A stretch of 64,000 nucleotides of DNA from an uncultured Nitrospiraceae bacterium (GCA_963727805.1 CAVSHF010000003.1:2048001-2112000), one strand, 5' to 3'; shown: positions 21,226 to 30,376, counted from the first letter of the stretch. Translations and numbers: made by a program. The notes: generated by a model from the sequence alone, not told the origin.

Positions 21226-21585
21226 TTATATGTATTGTATTGCAACTTCGTAGACGATGGCCGAGTGATCTGCAGCAGGACCGCCTTCGCAGCCGAGTTC
21301 TCCTTTTGATGCTTCCTTGCGGTTGCTGACCATTGCGGTTATTATCCGTGAGAAATCGAACCCGCCTTCAACACACTCCTTGCTCAAACAGTTTACTTTG
21401 AAAAAAGCATAACTGCTGGGAAAGAAATTAACGGTGCGCGGCAACGATTGCATTATCCCTTTTTGACTGTACATCATGCTGATGATAATGCTTTGAACCT
21501 TTGGAAAGAGTGAAGCCATGAAACCTGCTTCAATTTTCTGCTGCTTTCTTTCTGCCCTTGCTGCCTGCTTCTCTCTGTTGTTCAT
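21226..21585 (-). CDS. Hypothetical protein downstream of the cold-shock gene
   Basis: SD AGGAG before ATG 21585; CxxxxCxxGGFD plus later Cys/His. Confidence 0.7.
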   Translation of the reverse strand: MNNREKQAARAERKQQKIEAGFMASLFPKVQSIIISMMYSQKGIMQSLPRTVNFFPSSYAFFKVNCLSKECVEGGFDFSRIITAMVSNRKEASKGELGCEGGPAADHSAIVYEVAIQYI

Positions 21586-21601
21586 GTTTCTCCTAAATGA
21601 C

Positions 21602-21628
21602 AAGGCCCCTCCGCTGCGAAGGAGCCTT
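21602..21628 (-). terminator. Hairpin after csp, weak U-tract
   Basis: AAGGCUCCUUCG-cag-CGGAGGGGCCUU, 12-bp stem with G-U pairs. Confidence 0.5.
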
Positions 21629-21638
21629 TCGTGTTTAA

Positions 21639-21839
21639 CTACATTTTGACAACGTTGATTGCCTTGGGCCCTTTTGGCCCTTTTTCAGTATCAAAGCTGA
21701 CCTTGTCGCCTTCGGCAAGGCTCTTAAAGCCATTGCCTTGGATTGACGTATGGTGGACAAAAGCATCAACTTCATCTTCACCAGTAATAAAGCCGAACCC
21801 TTTGCTGTCGTTGAACCACTTCACTGTTCCTTGTGCCAT
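21639..21839 (-). CDS. Cold-shock protein (CspA family)
   Basis: [15 protein letters not shown] (RNP1), AFVHHTSI (RNP2); SD AGGAG. Confidence 0.97.
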   Translation of the reverse strand: MAQGTVKWFNDSKGFGFITGEDEVDAFVHHTSIQGNGFKSLAEGDKVSFDTEKGPKGPKAINVVKM

Positions 21840-21895
21840 TTCTTGTTTCTCCTTGTATTTAAAGTCTGTAAACTCGAACCTTAAAAGATTTCGAT

Positions 21896-21994
21896 AAAAA
21901 GAGGCCACAAAGTTAAAAGTCTTTGTGGCCTCTTACGAACGCAAATTCCTTTAAAGTACTTTTTTATATTAGCACATTCTATGCAATACGTCAA
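21896..21994 (-). promoter_or_regulatory. sigma70 promoter and structured leader of csp
   Basis: TTGACG (21994-21989)-17-TAATAT (21971-21966); 12-bp perfect hairpin 21901-21932 followed by U5. Confidence 0.7.
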
Positions 21995-22361
21995 TGCAAT
22001 TCGTCTTATGTAATTCAGACATCATAATTATGCGCTTACATCTCTCGATAATCCCCTAACTACCCATCTCAGTTCTTCGAGTTTCTTGCCTGCTTCCAAA
22101 ATAATTCGGCCCTTGCAGTACCGGGTATTTGTCTAATGTCCACGCCATCTTGCTGATAAGCTCTGGATTGCCAGCTGCCACCTCTGTCTTTGTACCTGAT
22201 GCATTTTCTGAAAGAACCTGGCTACCTGTGATGTTGGAAATGGAATCTTCGAAGAGTGATTCGAATCTAAGCTTTTTTGTCCGGCGATATGCTCACTCTT
22301 TTTGATACAGGCATCTTCCCAGCGGGGCAAAATGGCTTATGATTACATTGCCAGGATGACC

Positions 22362-22479
22362 TAGAAAGAGAAAGCTGATCGCGTAAGGGAATGGCGCCTT
22401 TGTAAGAAGAGGGTATCTCAAGCCAGAAGAGGCCGAGTTGAAGCGTCTGCAGAAGGAATTACAAGAGATCAAGAAAGAT
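22362..22479 (+). pseudogene. IS3-family transposase OrfA fragment
   Basis: GNGAFVRRGYLKPEEAELKRLQKELQEIKK resembles the AFPGxGxLxPEExELxRLxxE leucine-zipper region; stop codons upstream. Confidence 0.65.
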
Positions 22480-22640
22480 TCATTCTACTGCAAATCTGCC
22501 GAGAGACTCATGAAGAACTTATCCGCTGCACTGACTTAGATGACAATGCGCTCGGCGGAGGGTCACTCCATGTTCCTCGAGTCAGGAATCGTCCCTTCGG
22601 CACCCTATCTTGCCCCAGCCTAACCATTTGCAATTCATAA

Positions 22641-23033
22641 TCAGTTGTCGCCAGTAATCTCATGGATTGCGTCGCCGATAATTTCCCGGGCGAATCTGTT
22701 TTTATCATTTTTCGCATTGAGAAGGAAAGGGAGTGCCTCGGCATGCCCAATAATGCCGAGTACATAAGCAGCATCGCCCCGTAACGTGGGACTGGGGTCT
22801 TCAAGGAGCCTGCCAATTGCGGGGACAAGCCTCACGAGAGATTCCCGGTTATTCTTAATAAGTTCTTCGACAAGGGCGACGGCACCCAGCCTCACCCTAA
22901 CCCGTTCGTCACGAATCATATCGATGACCAGAGGATAGAGGCTTTCGTCGTGCTTGAACATATCGATGATGTTTTCAAGATAGCCATTGTTCATATAGTC
23001 GAGGACCATCGTTTTCATTTCGTCATCAGTCAT
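22641..23033 (-). CDS. Small HEAT-repeat protein
   Basis: DERVRVRLGAV, DPSPTLRGDAAYVLGIIG. Confidence 0.8.
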   Translation of the reverse strand: MTDDEMKTMVLDYMNNGYLENIIDMFKHDESLYPLVIDMIRDERVRVRLGAVALVEELIKNNRESLVRLVPAIGRLLEDPSPTLRGDAAYVLGIIGHAEALPFLLNAKNDKNRFAREIIGDAIHEITGDN

Positions 23034-23081
23034 CGCACACCATATTTTTGTATTTTGTTTATTGTGTTGTGAATCTTTGTA

Positions 23082-24020
23082 TCAGTGCCAGTCGACCTTC
23101 GCCTTTTTCCGGCCAAAAATATGCTTCTCGGCCGAAAGGGCTGCAAGGCATCCATGGGCTGCAGCAACAATGACTTGTCGTGCCTCGGTACAGGTCACAT
23201 CGCCGGCGGAAAAGACACCTGGGATATTGGTCTCCATCGTTCGACTTGTAATAACACAGCCTTCTTCGGACACTTCAACAGCTCCTTGGAGAAAGTCGAT
23301 TATTGGCTTGCTGCCGCGCAAGTAGACAAAAACCCCATCGAGGAGTAGTTCACTTTCGCCTCCTGCACCTCTCATCCTGACACGCTCAACAGCGTCGCCG
23401 CCTTCTATGGCGATAACCGTTTTACCGAGAAGAAGCTTAACATTCTGGATTTGAAGTGAGGGGTGATCGTCTTCCACCTTCAGCTTTGAAGCTGGACAGA
23501 TGACATAGACCGTTTCAGCAAAACGGGAAAGGACTCCAGCCTCCTTGGCTGCCTCTTCAGAATCGCCGAGCACGCATACCGTCTTCCCCTTAAAAAATGC
23601 CGCATCGCAAATAGCACAGTAACTCACGCCTCGTCCGAGGAACTCTTCTTCTCCCTTGATCGTTGCCTTTCTTCCCATGGAACCGGTGGCGATAATTACC
23701 GTTTTGCCCTGATAGGTCGCTTCCATAGTGACGACCTCTTTGACCTCGCCCGAAAGAGATACGCCGATTACCTGCTCCTCCTTGTAATCTGCGCTGAAAC
23801 TTTCCGCCTGTTTACGAAAGATATCGAGCAATTCACCGCCTGTCAATGGCTTTTCGAGACCGGGATAATTCTCGATCAAACTCGCGTAGGCAAGGGATCC
23901 GGCAGTCTTTGACTTGTCGAGCACGACCGTTTTCAGCTTTGCGCGTGAAGCATAGAGCGCTGCAGTCAGGCCCCCAGGACCGCCGCCGATAATGATAACG
24001 TCGTAAAGGGAATCAGTCAT
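23082..24020 (-). CDS. Flavin thioredoxin reductase, atypical (DTR/FFTR-like)
   Basis: GGGPGG FAD motif, GVSYCAICD, FSAGD; NADPH motifs degenerate; C-terminal DW tail. Confidence 0.85.
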   Translation of the reverse strand: MTDSLYDVIIIGGGPGGLTAALYASRAKLKTVVLDKSKTAGSLAYASLIENYPGLEKPLTGGELLDIFRKQAESFSADYKEEQVIGVSLSGEVKEVVTMEATYQGKTVIIATGSMGRKATIKGEEEFLGRGVSYCAICDAAFFKGKTVCVLGDSEEAAKEAGVLSRFAETVYVICPASKLKVEDDHPSLQIQNVKLLLGKTVIAIEGGDAVERVRMRGAGGESELLLDGVFVYLRGSKPIIDFLQGAVEVSEEGCVITSRTMETNIPGVFSAGDVTCTEARQVIVAAAHGCLAALSAEKHIFGRKKAKVDWH

Positions 24021-24029
24021 AGTGCCTCC

Positions 24030-25091
24030 CTAGAATTTTCTGATTATATTATAGTACGTGTCTCTCTGCGCAACGTCGAACCTTGCCGCTTTGATAGCTT
24101 TGACAATGTCCTCTTTCGTAACAAAATAACTCACGCCCGCCGCGCGGACAACATTCTCTTCGATCATAGTGGAGCCGAAATCGTTTGCACCGAATCTGAG
24201 GGCAACCTGCGCGAGTTTTAATCCCTGCGTGACCCAAGAAGCCTGAATGTTTCTTACATTATCGAGATAAATCCTTGAAAGCGCAAGAACGCGCAGGTAA
24301 TCTATCGCCGTTGCTGACTTGACTGCTGACCGCTGATCTCCGGCTGCCGACTCTTTACTTAACTTTGTATTTCCAGGCTGAAACGACCACGGGATAAAGG
24401 CCGTGAAGCCGCCAGTCCTGTCCTGAAGCGATCGGATTACATCGAGATGCTCAACTATATCCTCAGACTCTTCGACGCTGCCAAACATCATCGTCGCTGT
24501 CGTCCGCATACTGAGCTCATGGGCTTCTTCCATGACCCTGAGCCATTCGCCGGACTTTATCTTTTTCGGGCTCAGCACTTCACGAATGCGGTCCGAGAGT
24601 ATCTCTGCTCCGCCACCTGGGATGGAATCGAGTCCCGCCTGCCTGAGAATTTGAATAGTTTCCCTGATCGTCAGATTATGCTTTTTGGCAAGATAACAGA
24701 CCTCAGGCGGCGAAAAACCATGAACATTGATTTCGAAGCGTTCCTTGATCGACCTCAAAAGATCGGTATAATAATCGAGTCCGAGGCCGGGATGCAGCCC
24801 ACCTTGCAAAAGGATCTGAGTCCCGCCAAGCACTATAGTTTCTTCAATTTTTTTGAAAAGCTCGTCTTCTGATAAAACATATGCCTCTGGACTTTCAGGA
24901 TCACGATAAAAAGCACAGAACTTGCATTGATTAATGCAGACATTAGTGTAATTGATATTCCGGTCGACAACGAATGTAACAATGCCTTCGGGGTGAAGGA
25001 ATTTTCTCACCCTGTCCGCCGCCTCACCGAGATCGAGAAGATCGGCGGATGTGAGAAGATCGAGCGCTCTTTCCTTCGTTATCCTTTCCAT
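24030..25091 (-). CDS. mqnC: Cyclic dehypoxanthinyl futalosine synthase (radical SAM)
   Basis: DRNINYTNVCINQCKFCAF, LLQGGLHP, NIQASWVTQG, GANDFGSTMIEENV. Confidence 0.93.
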   Translation of the reverse strand: MERITKERALDLLTSADLLDLGEAADRVRKFLHPEGIVTFVVDRNINYTNVCINQCKFCAFYRDPESPEAYVLSEDELFKKIEETIVLGGTQILLQGGLHPGLGLDYYTDLLRSIKERFEINVHGFSPPEVCYLAKKHNLTIRETIQILRQAGLDSIPGGGAEILSDRIREVLSPKKIKSGEWLRVMEEAHELSMRTTATMMFGSVEESEDIVEHLDVIRSLQDRTGGFTAFIPWSFQPGNTKLSKESAAGDQRSAVKSATAIDYLRVLALSRIYLDNVRNIQASWVTQGLKLAQVALRFGANDFGSTMIEENVVRAAGVSYFVTKEDIVKAIKAARFDVAQRDTYYNIIRKF

Positions 25092-26182
25092 ATCTCGTTA
25101 TATAGCCCATCACGTTCGACAGGTGTCTTGCCGGCCTTTCTTATCAGATAGATCAGATCGTCTCTCGTCATCCCCTCTCCGGTCATTGCTCCGGCAGAGT
25201 GGGTGATCTTTTCTTCGATGATAGTACCATCGAGGTCGTCCGCGCCGAAAAGAAGCGCGGTCTGCGATATCTTTTCACCGAGCATGATCCAGTAGGCCTT
25301 GATGTGGTCAAAGTTGTCGAGGATGAGTCTGCTTATCGCAATAGTCTTCAGATCATCAATCCCCGATGAATAGAAGCCTCCTATTTCGGTGTTCTTCGGG
25401 TGATACGCGAGAGAGATGAAGGCCTGAAAACCTTCGGTCTTGTCCTGAAGGTCACGTAATTTCAAGAGGTGGTCAACCCTGTCTTCAGAGGTTTCGACAT
25501 GGCCGTAAAGCATCGTAGCATTAGTCTTGATGCCAACACGGTGAGCGATTTCCATCACCTCAAGCCAGCGAGTTCCCGAAATTTTTTCCGGGCATACCAG
25601 GTTCCTTACGCCCTCAGCGAATATTTCAGCCCCTCCGCCCGGCATGATCTGGAGGCCGCTCTCCTTGAGCTTGATGAGTACTTCTTCGAGCCCCAATCCG
25701 CTGATCCTCGAAAAATAATCGATCTCGACGGCTGTGAATGCCTTTATATTGAGACGCGGGAAACTCTGATGTATGGCAGCTATCATTTCAACGTAATGCT
25801 CGAAGGGCCAGTCTGGATGGAGCCCGCCGACAATGTGGACCTCGGAAAAACCGCAGCCCTGTTTCAATGATCCATAAGTGGTTTGTGAGTTTTCACAGCC
25901 CGCGGACAGTCGCTGAAGTATCTGATCGATAGTGAGTTCAAATGCGCCTTCTTCATTCTTTGAACGGCTGAAAGCGCAGAACTTGCACCGATTCACGCAG
26001 ATATTGGTGGGGTTGATGTGCCGATTGACAATAAAATACGCGTTTTTGCTGTTCCTGCGTTCAGCAACCTCTGCTGCGAGCTTGCCGATGATAAATAGAT
26101 CGTCACTCTTGAATAGCTCGACAGCCTCGTCGCGCGTTACCCTCCCGCCGTTTTTAATTCTATCTATTATTCCATGACGCAT
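25079..26182 (-). CDS. mqnE: Aminofutalosine synthase (radical SAM)
   Basis: NRHINPTNICVNRCKFCAF, EVHIVGGLHP, HIKAYWIMLG, EEKITHSAGA. Confidence 0.93.
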   Translation of the reverse strand: MRHGIIDRIKNGGRVTRDEAVELFKSDDLFIIGKLAAEVAERRNSKNAYFIVNRHINPTNICVNRCKFCAFSRSKNEEGAFELTIDQILQRLSAGCENSQTTYGSLKQGCGFSEVHIVGGLHPDWPFEHYVEMIAAIHQSFPRLNIKAFTAVEIDYFSRISGLGLEEVLIKLKESGLQIMPGGGAEIFAEGVRNLVCPEKISGTRWLEVMEIAHRVGIKTNATMLYGHVETSEDRVDHLLKLRDLQDKTEGFQAFISLAYHPKNTEIGGFYSSGIDDLKTIAISRLILDNFDHIKAYWIMLGEKISQTALLFGADDLDGTIIEEKITHSAGAMTGEGMTRDDLIYLIRKAGKTPVERDGLYNEIWKG

Positions 26183-26225
26183 TCTGAATTATAAAACAAA
26201 GGAATCAAAATGTTAAAATATTAAA
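26183..26225. promoter_or_regulatory. Overlapping divergent promoters for mqnE and uvrA
   Basis: Minus strand TTAACA-17-TATAAT-5-ATG; plus strand TGtTAAAAT-6-ATG. Confidence 0.65.
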
Positions 26226-28988
26226 ATGTCGACCAGAGAATTAATCATCGAAGGTGCCCGGCAAAATAACCTCAAGAATCTGAACCTGCGGCTGCCTCAC
26301 AACACGGTTATCGCCATAACGGGCGTTTCGGGTTCGGGGAAGTCTTCTCTCGCTTTCGATACGATCTTTGCGGAAGGCCAGTGGAGGTTCATAGAATCGC
26401 TCTCAACCTATGCGCGCCTTTTTCTCGAAAAGCTCGACCGCCCAGATGTCGACAGCATACGCAATATACGGCCTGCGATCGCCCTCGAACAGAAAAACCC
26501 GGTTAGAGGATCGCGCTCAACCGTCGGGACTCTTACCGAACTCTACGATCTTTTCCGAGTCCTCTATGCCAGGGTCGCGATCCCCTACTGCCCAAAATGT
26601 GAAAAAGAAATACGCAAATGGGATGCCTCTCAAGTGGTTGCCGAATTGCTCGAACATTACAGGGACGATCGGGCACTCATCACCTTTGAGACCGAAGAAT
26701 CTCCTGAATCTCTCGCCAGCCGTGGCTTTCACCGTCTGCTCATAAACGGCGAAGTCAAAGAAATCGATGATTTAAAATCCGAGCCTTTACCTTTGAACTC
26801 TTTATGTGTTGTCCTCGACAGACTTGTGATTCGTGACGAGGCGCGGCTTTCCGACTCTGTCGAAACAGCGTGGTGGGAAGGCAAAGAGAGCATCTCAATT
26901 GTGATCGTCCGGACTGATGCACGTGGAGCACCTACCATGAAGCCACTCGTGTTTTCTTCAAAAAATGTCTGCGACGATTGCGGCATCGTTGTTCCCGAGC
27001 CATCGCCCATTCTATTTTCCTTCAACCACCCCCTCTGCGCGTGTCCGGAGTGCAAGGGGTTCGGGAACATTCTCAAGTATGATGAAGATTTAATCGTGCC
27101 AGACAAGCACCGCTCTCTTGCAGAAGGTGCTATTGAATTATGGGAGAGACCTGGCTACCACTGGTGGAAATTACAGCTAATAAAAGGTGCAAAGAAGGCC
27201 GGGATAGATGTTGCAAAGCCTTATTATCAGCTCAGCGACTCCGAGCGTGAGTTCGTCTTTAAAGGTAACGGGAAATTTAATGGCGTTAACAACTTTTTCG
27301 AAGAGCTCGAATCTAGGCGTTACAAACTTCACGTGCGGGTGCTTCTGAGCAGGTTCAGAACTCCCGTTGCCTGCCCAAAATGCCACGGCAAAAGGCTTTG
27401 TGAGGACGCCCTTGCTTACAAGATAGAGGGACTTGATATCGCCGATGTTTCCCTGAAACCAATTGCACATCTCTCGAAATGGGTTGCCGGCATCGAGCTC
27501 TCCCCGATGCAGCGCGACATTGCAAAAGAAGTCTTACGGCAGATTACGCTAAAGCTTGATTTTCTCATGAAGGTAGGGGTCGACTATCTTGCACCGGCTC
27601 GACAGGCCAAGACTCTTTCAGGCGGTGAATACCAACGGGTGAATCTCTCAAATCAGCTCGCCTCAGCCCTCACTGGAACTCTCTACGTTCTTGATGAACC
27701 CACCATAGGGCTCCATCCACGTGATACAAGGAGGATTGCAGAGATAATGTGCCGGCTCTCTTCTCAGGGGAATACCATCATCGTAGTCGAGCATGATAGG
27801 GATATTATTTCTTCGAGCGATTGGGTCGTCGAACTCGGCCCTGGCGGGGGCCACCTCGGCGGTGATATTGTTTTTTCAGGACCAATGGAGGAATTCCTAC
27901 AGGCAGACACGCTCACCGCAAAGTATCTGAGGGGCGAAAGTCCGAAAGAGAGGTCCGGGTTTTATGGGCTTAAGAAACAAGCGACCCTCTCGCCAAACAG
28001 ATTCATCACTCTGTATGGTGCTTCGGGAAACAATCTTAAAGACATTACAGTCATGTTCCCGATTGAATCCCTAACTGTAGTGTCCGGGGTGTCCGGTTCG
28101 GGAAAGAGCAGTTTGATTGTTGAGACGTTATTCAATGCCGTTGCCCGTCATTTAAGGGTAGATTCCGACCCGTCCCTCACATTTCAGCGCATCGAGGGCC
28201 TCGAACAAATAAAAGGCGTGAGGCTCATCGACCAGAGTCCAATCGGCAGGACACCGAGATCAAATCCTCTCACCTACCTCAAGATATTCGAGCCGATCAG
28301 GAAGCTTTTTGCCCAGCAGCCTGAAGCCAGGGCGCACGGTTACACTCCGGGTTTTTTTTCCTTTAATGTACCGGGTGGCAGATGCGAGACCTGCAAAGGC
28401 GAAGGATACCAGAAGATGGAGATGTATTTCTTCGAAGATATCTTCGTAAAGTGTGAGGACTGTAAGGGCAGGAGATACAAGGAAGATACTCTGCGTGTAA
28501 CATACAACGGGAAAAACATCCACGATGTGCTCGGCTTGACTGTTGACGAGGCATACGAGTTCTTCTCCGCAATTCCCGAAATATATTCCCGGATGGAACT
28601 CCTGCAGAGCATCGGTCTCGGTTACCTCGTACTCGGACAGCCCGCTACTACCCTCTCTGGAGGTGAAGCCCAGAGGCTCAAGATCTGCGCCGAATTGTCG
28701 CACACCTCTTTGCGCGGAGTGCTCTATATCCTGGACGAGCCCACAGTAGGGCTACACCATAACGATGTACTTATGCTCGCTGGGATTATACGCAGGCTGG
28801 TCGTTTCTGGAAACACCGTGGTTATTATCGAGCATAATCTTGATATTATAGAAAGAGCGGACTGGGTCATTGACCTTGGTCCGGAGGGAGGAGACGAAGG
28901 CGGTTTCGTTGTCTTCGAAGGAACGCCCGAAGCCATGAAGGATGCTCCTCTCTCACATACAGGACGGTATCTTAAGGAGTACTCATAA
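26226..28988 (+). CDS. uvrA: Excinuclease ABC subunit A (divergent paralogue)
   Basis: Two GVSGSGKSS, two LSGGE, two LDEPT motifs; CxxC zinc fingers. Confidence 0.93.
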   Translation: MSTRELIIEGARQNNLKNLNLRLPHNTVIAITGVSGSGKSSLAFDTIFAEGQWRFIESLSTYARLFLEKLDRPDVDSIRNIRPAIALEQKNPVRGSRSTVGTLTELYDLFRVLYARVAIPYCPKCEKEIRKWDASQVVAELLEHYRDDRALITFETEESPESLASRGFHRLLINGEVKEIDDLKSEPLPLNSLCVVLDRLVIRDEARLSDSVETAWWEGKESISIVIVRTDARGAPTMKPLVFSSKNVCDDCGIVVPEPSPILFSFNHPLCACPECKGFGNILKYDEDLIVPDKHRSLAEGAIELWERPGYHWWKLQLIKGAKKAGIDVAKPYYQLSDSEREFVFKGNGKFNGVNNFFEELESRRYKLHVRVLLSRFRTPVACPKCHGKRLCEDALAYKIEGLDIADVSLKPIAHLSKWVAGIELSPMQRDIAKEVLRQITLKLDFLMKVGVDYLAPARQAKTLSGGEYQRVNLSNQLASALTGTLYVLDEPTIGLHPRDTRRIAEIMCRLSSQGNTIIVVEHDRDIISSSDWVVELGPGGGHLGGDIVFSGPMEEFLQADTLTAKYLRGESPKERSGFYGLKKQATLSPNRFITLYGASGNNLKDITVMFPIESLTVVSGVSGSGKSSLIVETLFNAVARHLRVDSDPSLTFQRIEGLEQIKGVRLIDQSPIGRTPRSNPLTYLKIFEPIRKLFAQQPEARAHGYTPGFFSFNVPGGRCETCKGEGYQKMEMYFFEDIFVKCEDCKGRRYKEDTLRVTYNGKNIHDVLGLTVDEAYEFFSAIPEIYSRMELLQSIGLGYLVLGQPATTLSGGEAQRLKICAELSHTSLRGVLYILDEPTVGLHHNDVLMLAGIIRRLVVSGNTVVIIEHNLDIIERADWVIDLGPEGGDEGGFVVFEGTPEAMKDAPLSHTGRYLKEYS

Positions 28989-28991
28989 GAT

Positions 28992-29384
28992 ATGCTATTG
29001 AGAAAACTTACCCCTGCACTGACCGTAGATGATATAAAAAGCACGATTGCATTTTATCAGGACATGCTCGGCTTTGAAACCATCCTTACTGTTCCCACTA
29101 AAGACCAGATCGACTGGGCACTCATGAAATGCGGCGATATAGAGATCATGTTCCATGCGAAGGTCAACCACACCACCACGAAGCACCATATTGAAGGCAC
29201 TCTCACTTTTCATTTCGAAGGTGAAGGAGTGAAGGAGTTATATGAAGCTGTGAAGAACAAGGTCCGCATAGAGCGGCATCTCTATCCCACTTTTTATGGG
29301 ACGAATGAATTCTCGATGGAAGATTGCAATGGCTGCATACTCGTCTTTGCGGAGAAGCTCAAACAAAATGAGACCGTTGACTAG
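28992..29384 (+). CDS. VOC/glyoxalase/bleomycin-resistance family protein
   Basis: LTVDDIKSTIAFYQDMLGF, TFYGTNEFSMEDCNG. Confidence 0.88.
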   Translation: MLLRKLTPALTVDDIKSTIAFYQDMLGFETILTVPTKDQIDWALMKCGDIEIMFHAKVNHTTTKHHIEGTLTFHFEGEGVKELYEAVKNKVRIERHLYPTFYGTNEFSMEDCNGCILVFAEKLKQNETVD

Positions 29385-30376
29385 CTTTCTGTCTTTTTGA
29401 AGACCTCGTCATAAAATCCCTTGTCCACGCTGAACCCGATTTCGAGTGAGAGAAGATTCGAAGGAACTCGCGGTAATTCCCTTATTTTCACCATGTCCTT
29501 CTCGGTAGTAATTAGAAAGTCGACCCCCAGCTTCATCCCGCAGTCCTCAAGGTCTGTCATGTCTGCTTGAACATAGCGGTAATGGTCGCTATAACTCTTA
29601 AATTTAACAATTGTGCAAGCGAGTGCCGACAGCGTTTTTCTGAAAGAGACTGGATTGGCAATGCCACAGAAAGCAAAGATATTCTTGTCTTTCATCAGAT
29701 CCATGTCCACATTGCCGTCGGGACCCCGCAACCCTGTGACTTCATGCGAAGCGAAATAGATAGGCGCTTTCTTATTAATCAATTTAATCTCACTTGCCAA
29801 GGCCTCATTTCTCACTTTTGTGATAACTATTATATCCGCATCCTTTAACTCACTGACGGGCCCGCGCAATCGCCCGACAGGCAACAGCTTTCGGTTGCCG
29901 AAAGGATCAAGACCATCGACCAAGACGACATCGACATCCCTGCTCAACTGCCAGTGCTGAAAGCCGTCATCGAGGATAAAAAGAAGTGGCAGCCCATCAT
30001 TGCCAAGATGCCGGGCAGCAAAGATGCCCCCCTGATAACGGTCCGCCGTTTTTACAACAGGCACATCTTTCAATCTTCCGGCCATTACCGCCGGTTCATC
30101 TCCGACATCTTCAACGGAGAGGCCTGCGCCGCTCCCCGCATACACAAAGCAGGGTCCTTTTGCCTTGCCCCTGTAACCCCTCGTCAGAATCACTGGTCTG
30201 TAGCCTCTTTTCTTCGCCTCTTCAGCCAAGGCGATGGCAGCAGGTGTTTTGCCGGTACCTCCGACCGTAATGTTGCCGACACTGATCACCTTATGAGGAA
30301 GCCTTTTCTGCTTACGGCGGGAACGCCATTTTTTGAATGAATAGCCTAAATAGTAGAACAATGGAATTGGCGTCAT
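29381..30376 (-). CDS. lpxK: Tetraacyldisaccharide 4'-kinase
   Basis: SVGNITVGGTGKTP, GDEP, LDDGFQH, TTEKD. Confidence 0.95.
   Translation of the reverse strand: MTPIPLFYYLGYSFKKWRSRRKQKRLPHKVISVGNITVGGTGKTPAAIALAEEAKKRGYRPVILTRGYRGKAKGPCFVYAGSGAGLSVEDVGDEPAVMAGRLKDVPVVKTADRYQGGIFAARHLGNDGLPLLFILDDGFQHWQLSRDVDVVLVDGLDPFGNRKLLPVGRLRGPVSELKDADIIVITKVRNEALASEIKLINKKAPIYFASHEVTGLRGPDGNVDMDLMKDKNIFAFCGIANPVSFRKTLSALACTIVKFKSYSDHYRYVQADMTDLEDCGMKLGVDFLITTEKDMVKIRELPRVPSNLLSLEIGFSVDKGFYDEVFKKTES

Larger units (their letters stand above)
15185..22604. mobile_element. Decayed genomic islet downstream of tRNA-Leu, no integrase
   Basis: Low coding density, gene remnants, IS3 fragment; 11-bp copy of the tRNA 3' end (CCTTCGGCACC) at 22594-22604. 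Confidence 0.5.

Noticed and set aside
22545..22610. Nested hairpin considered as SRP RNA, 6S RNA or a riboswitch
   Set aside because: Lacks the SRP helix-8 consensus and other recognisable motifs
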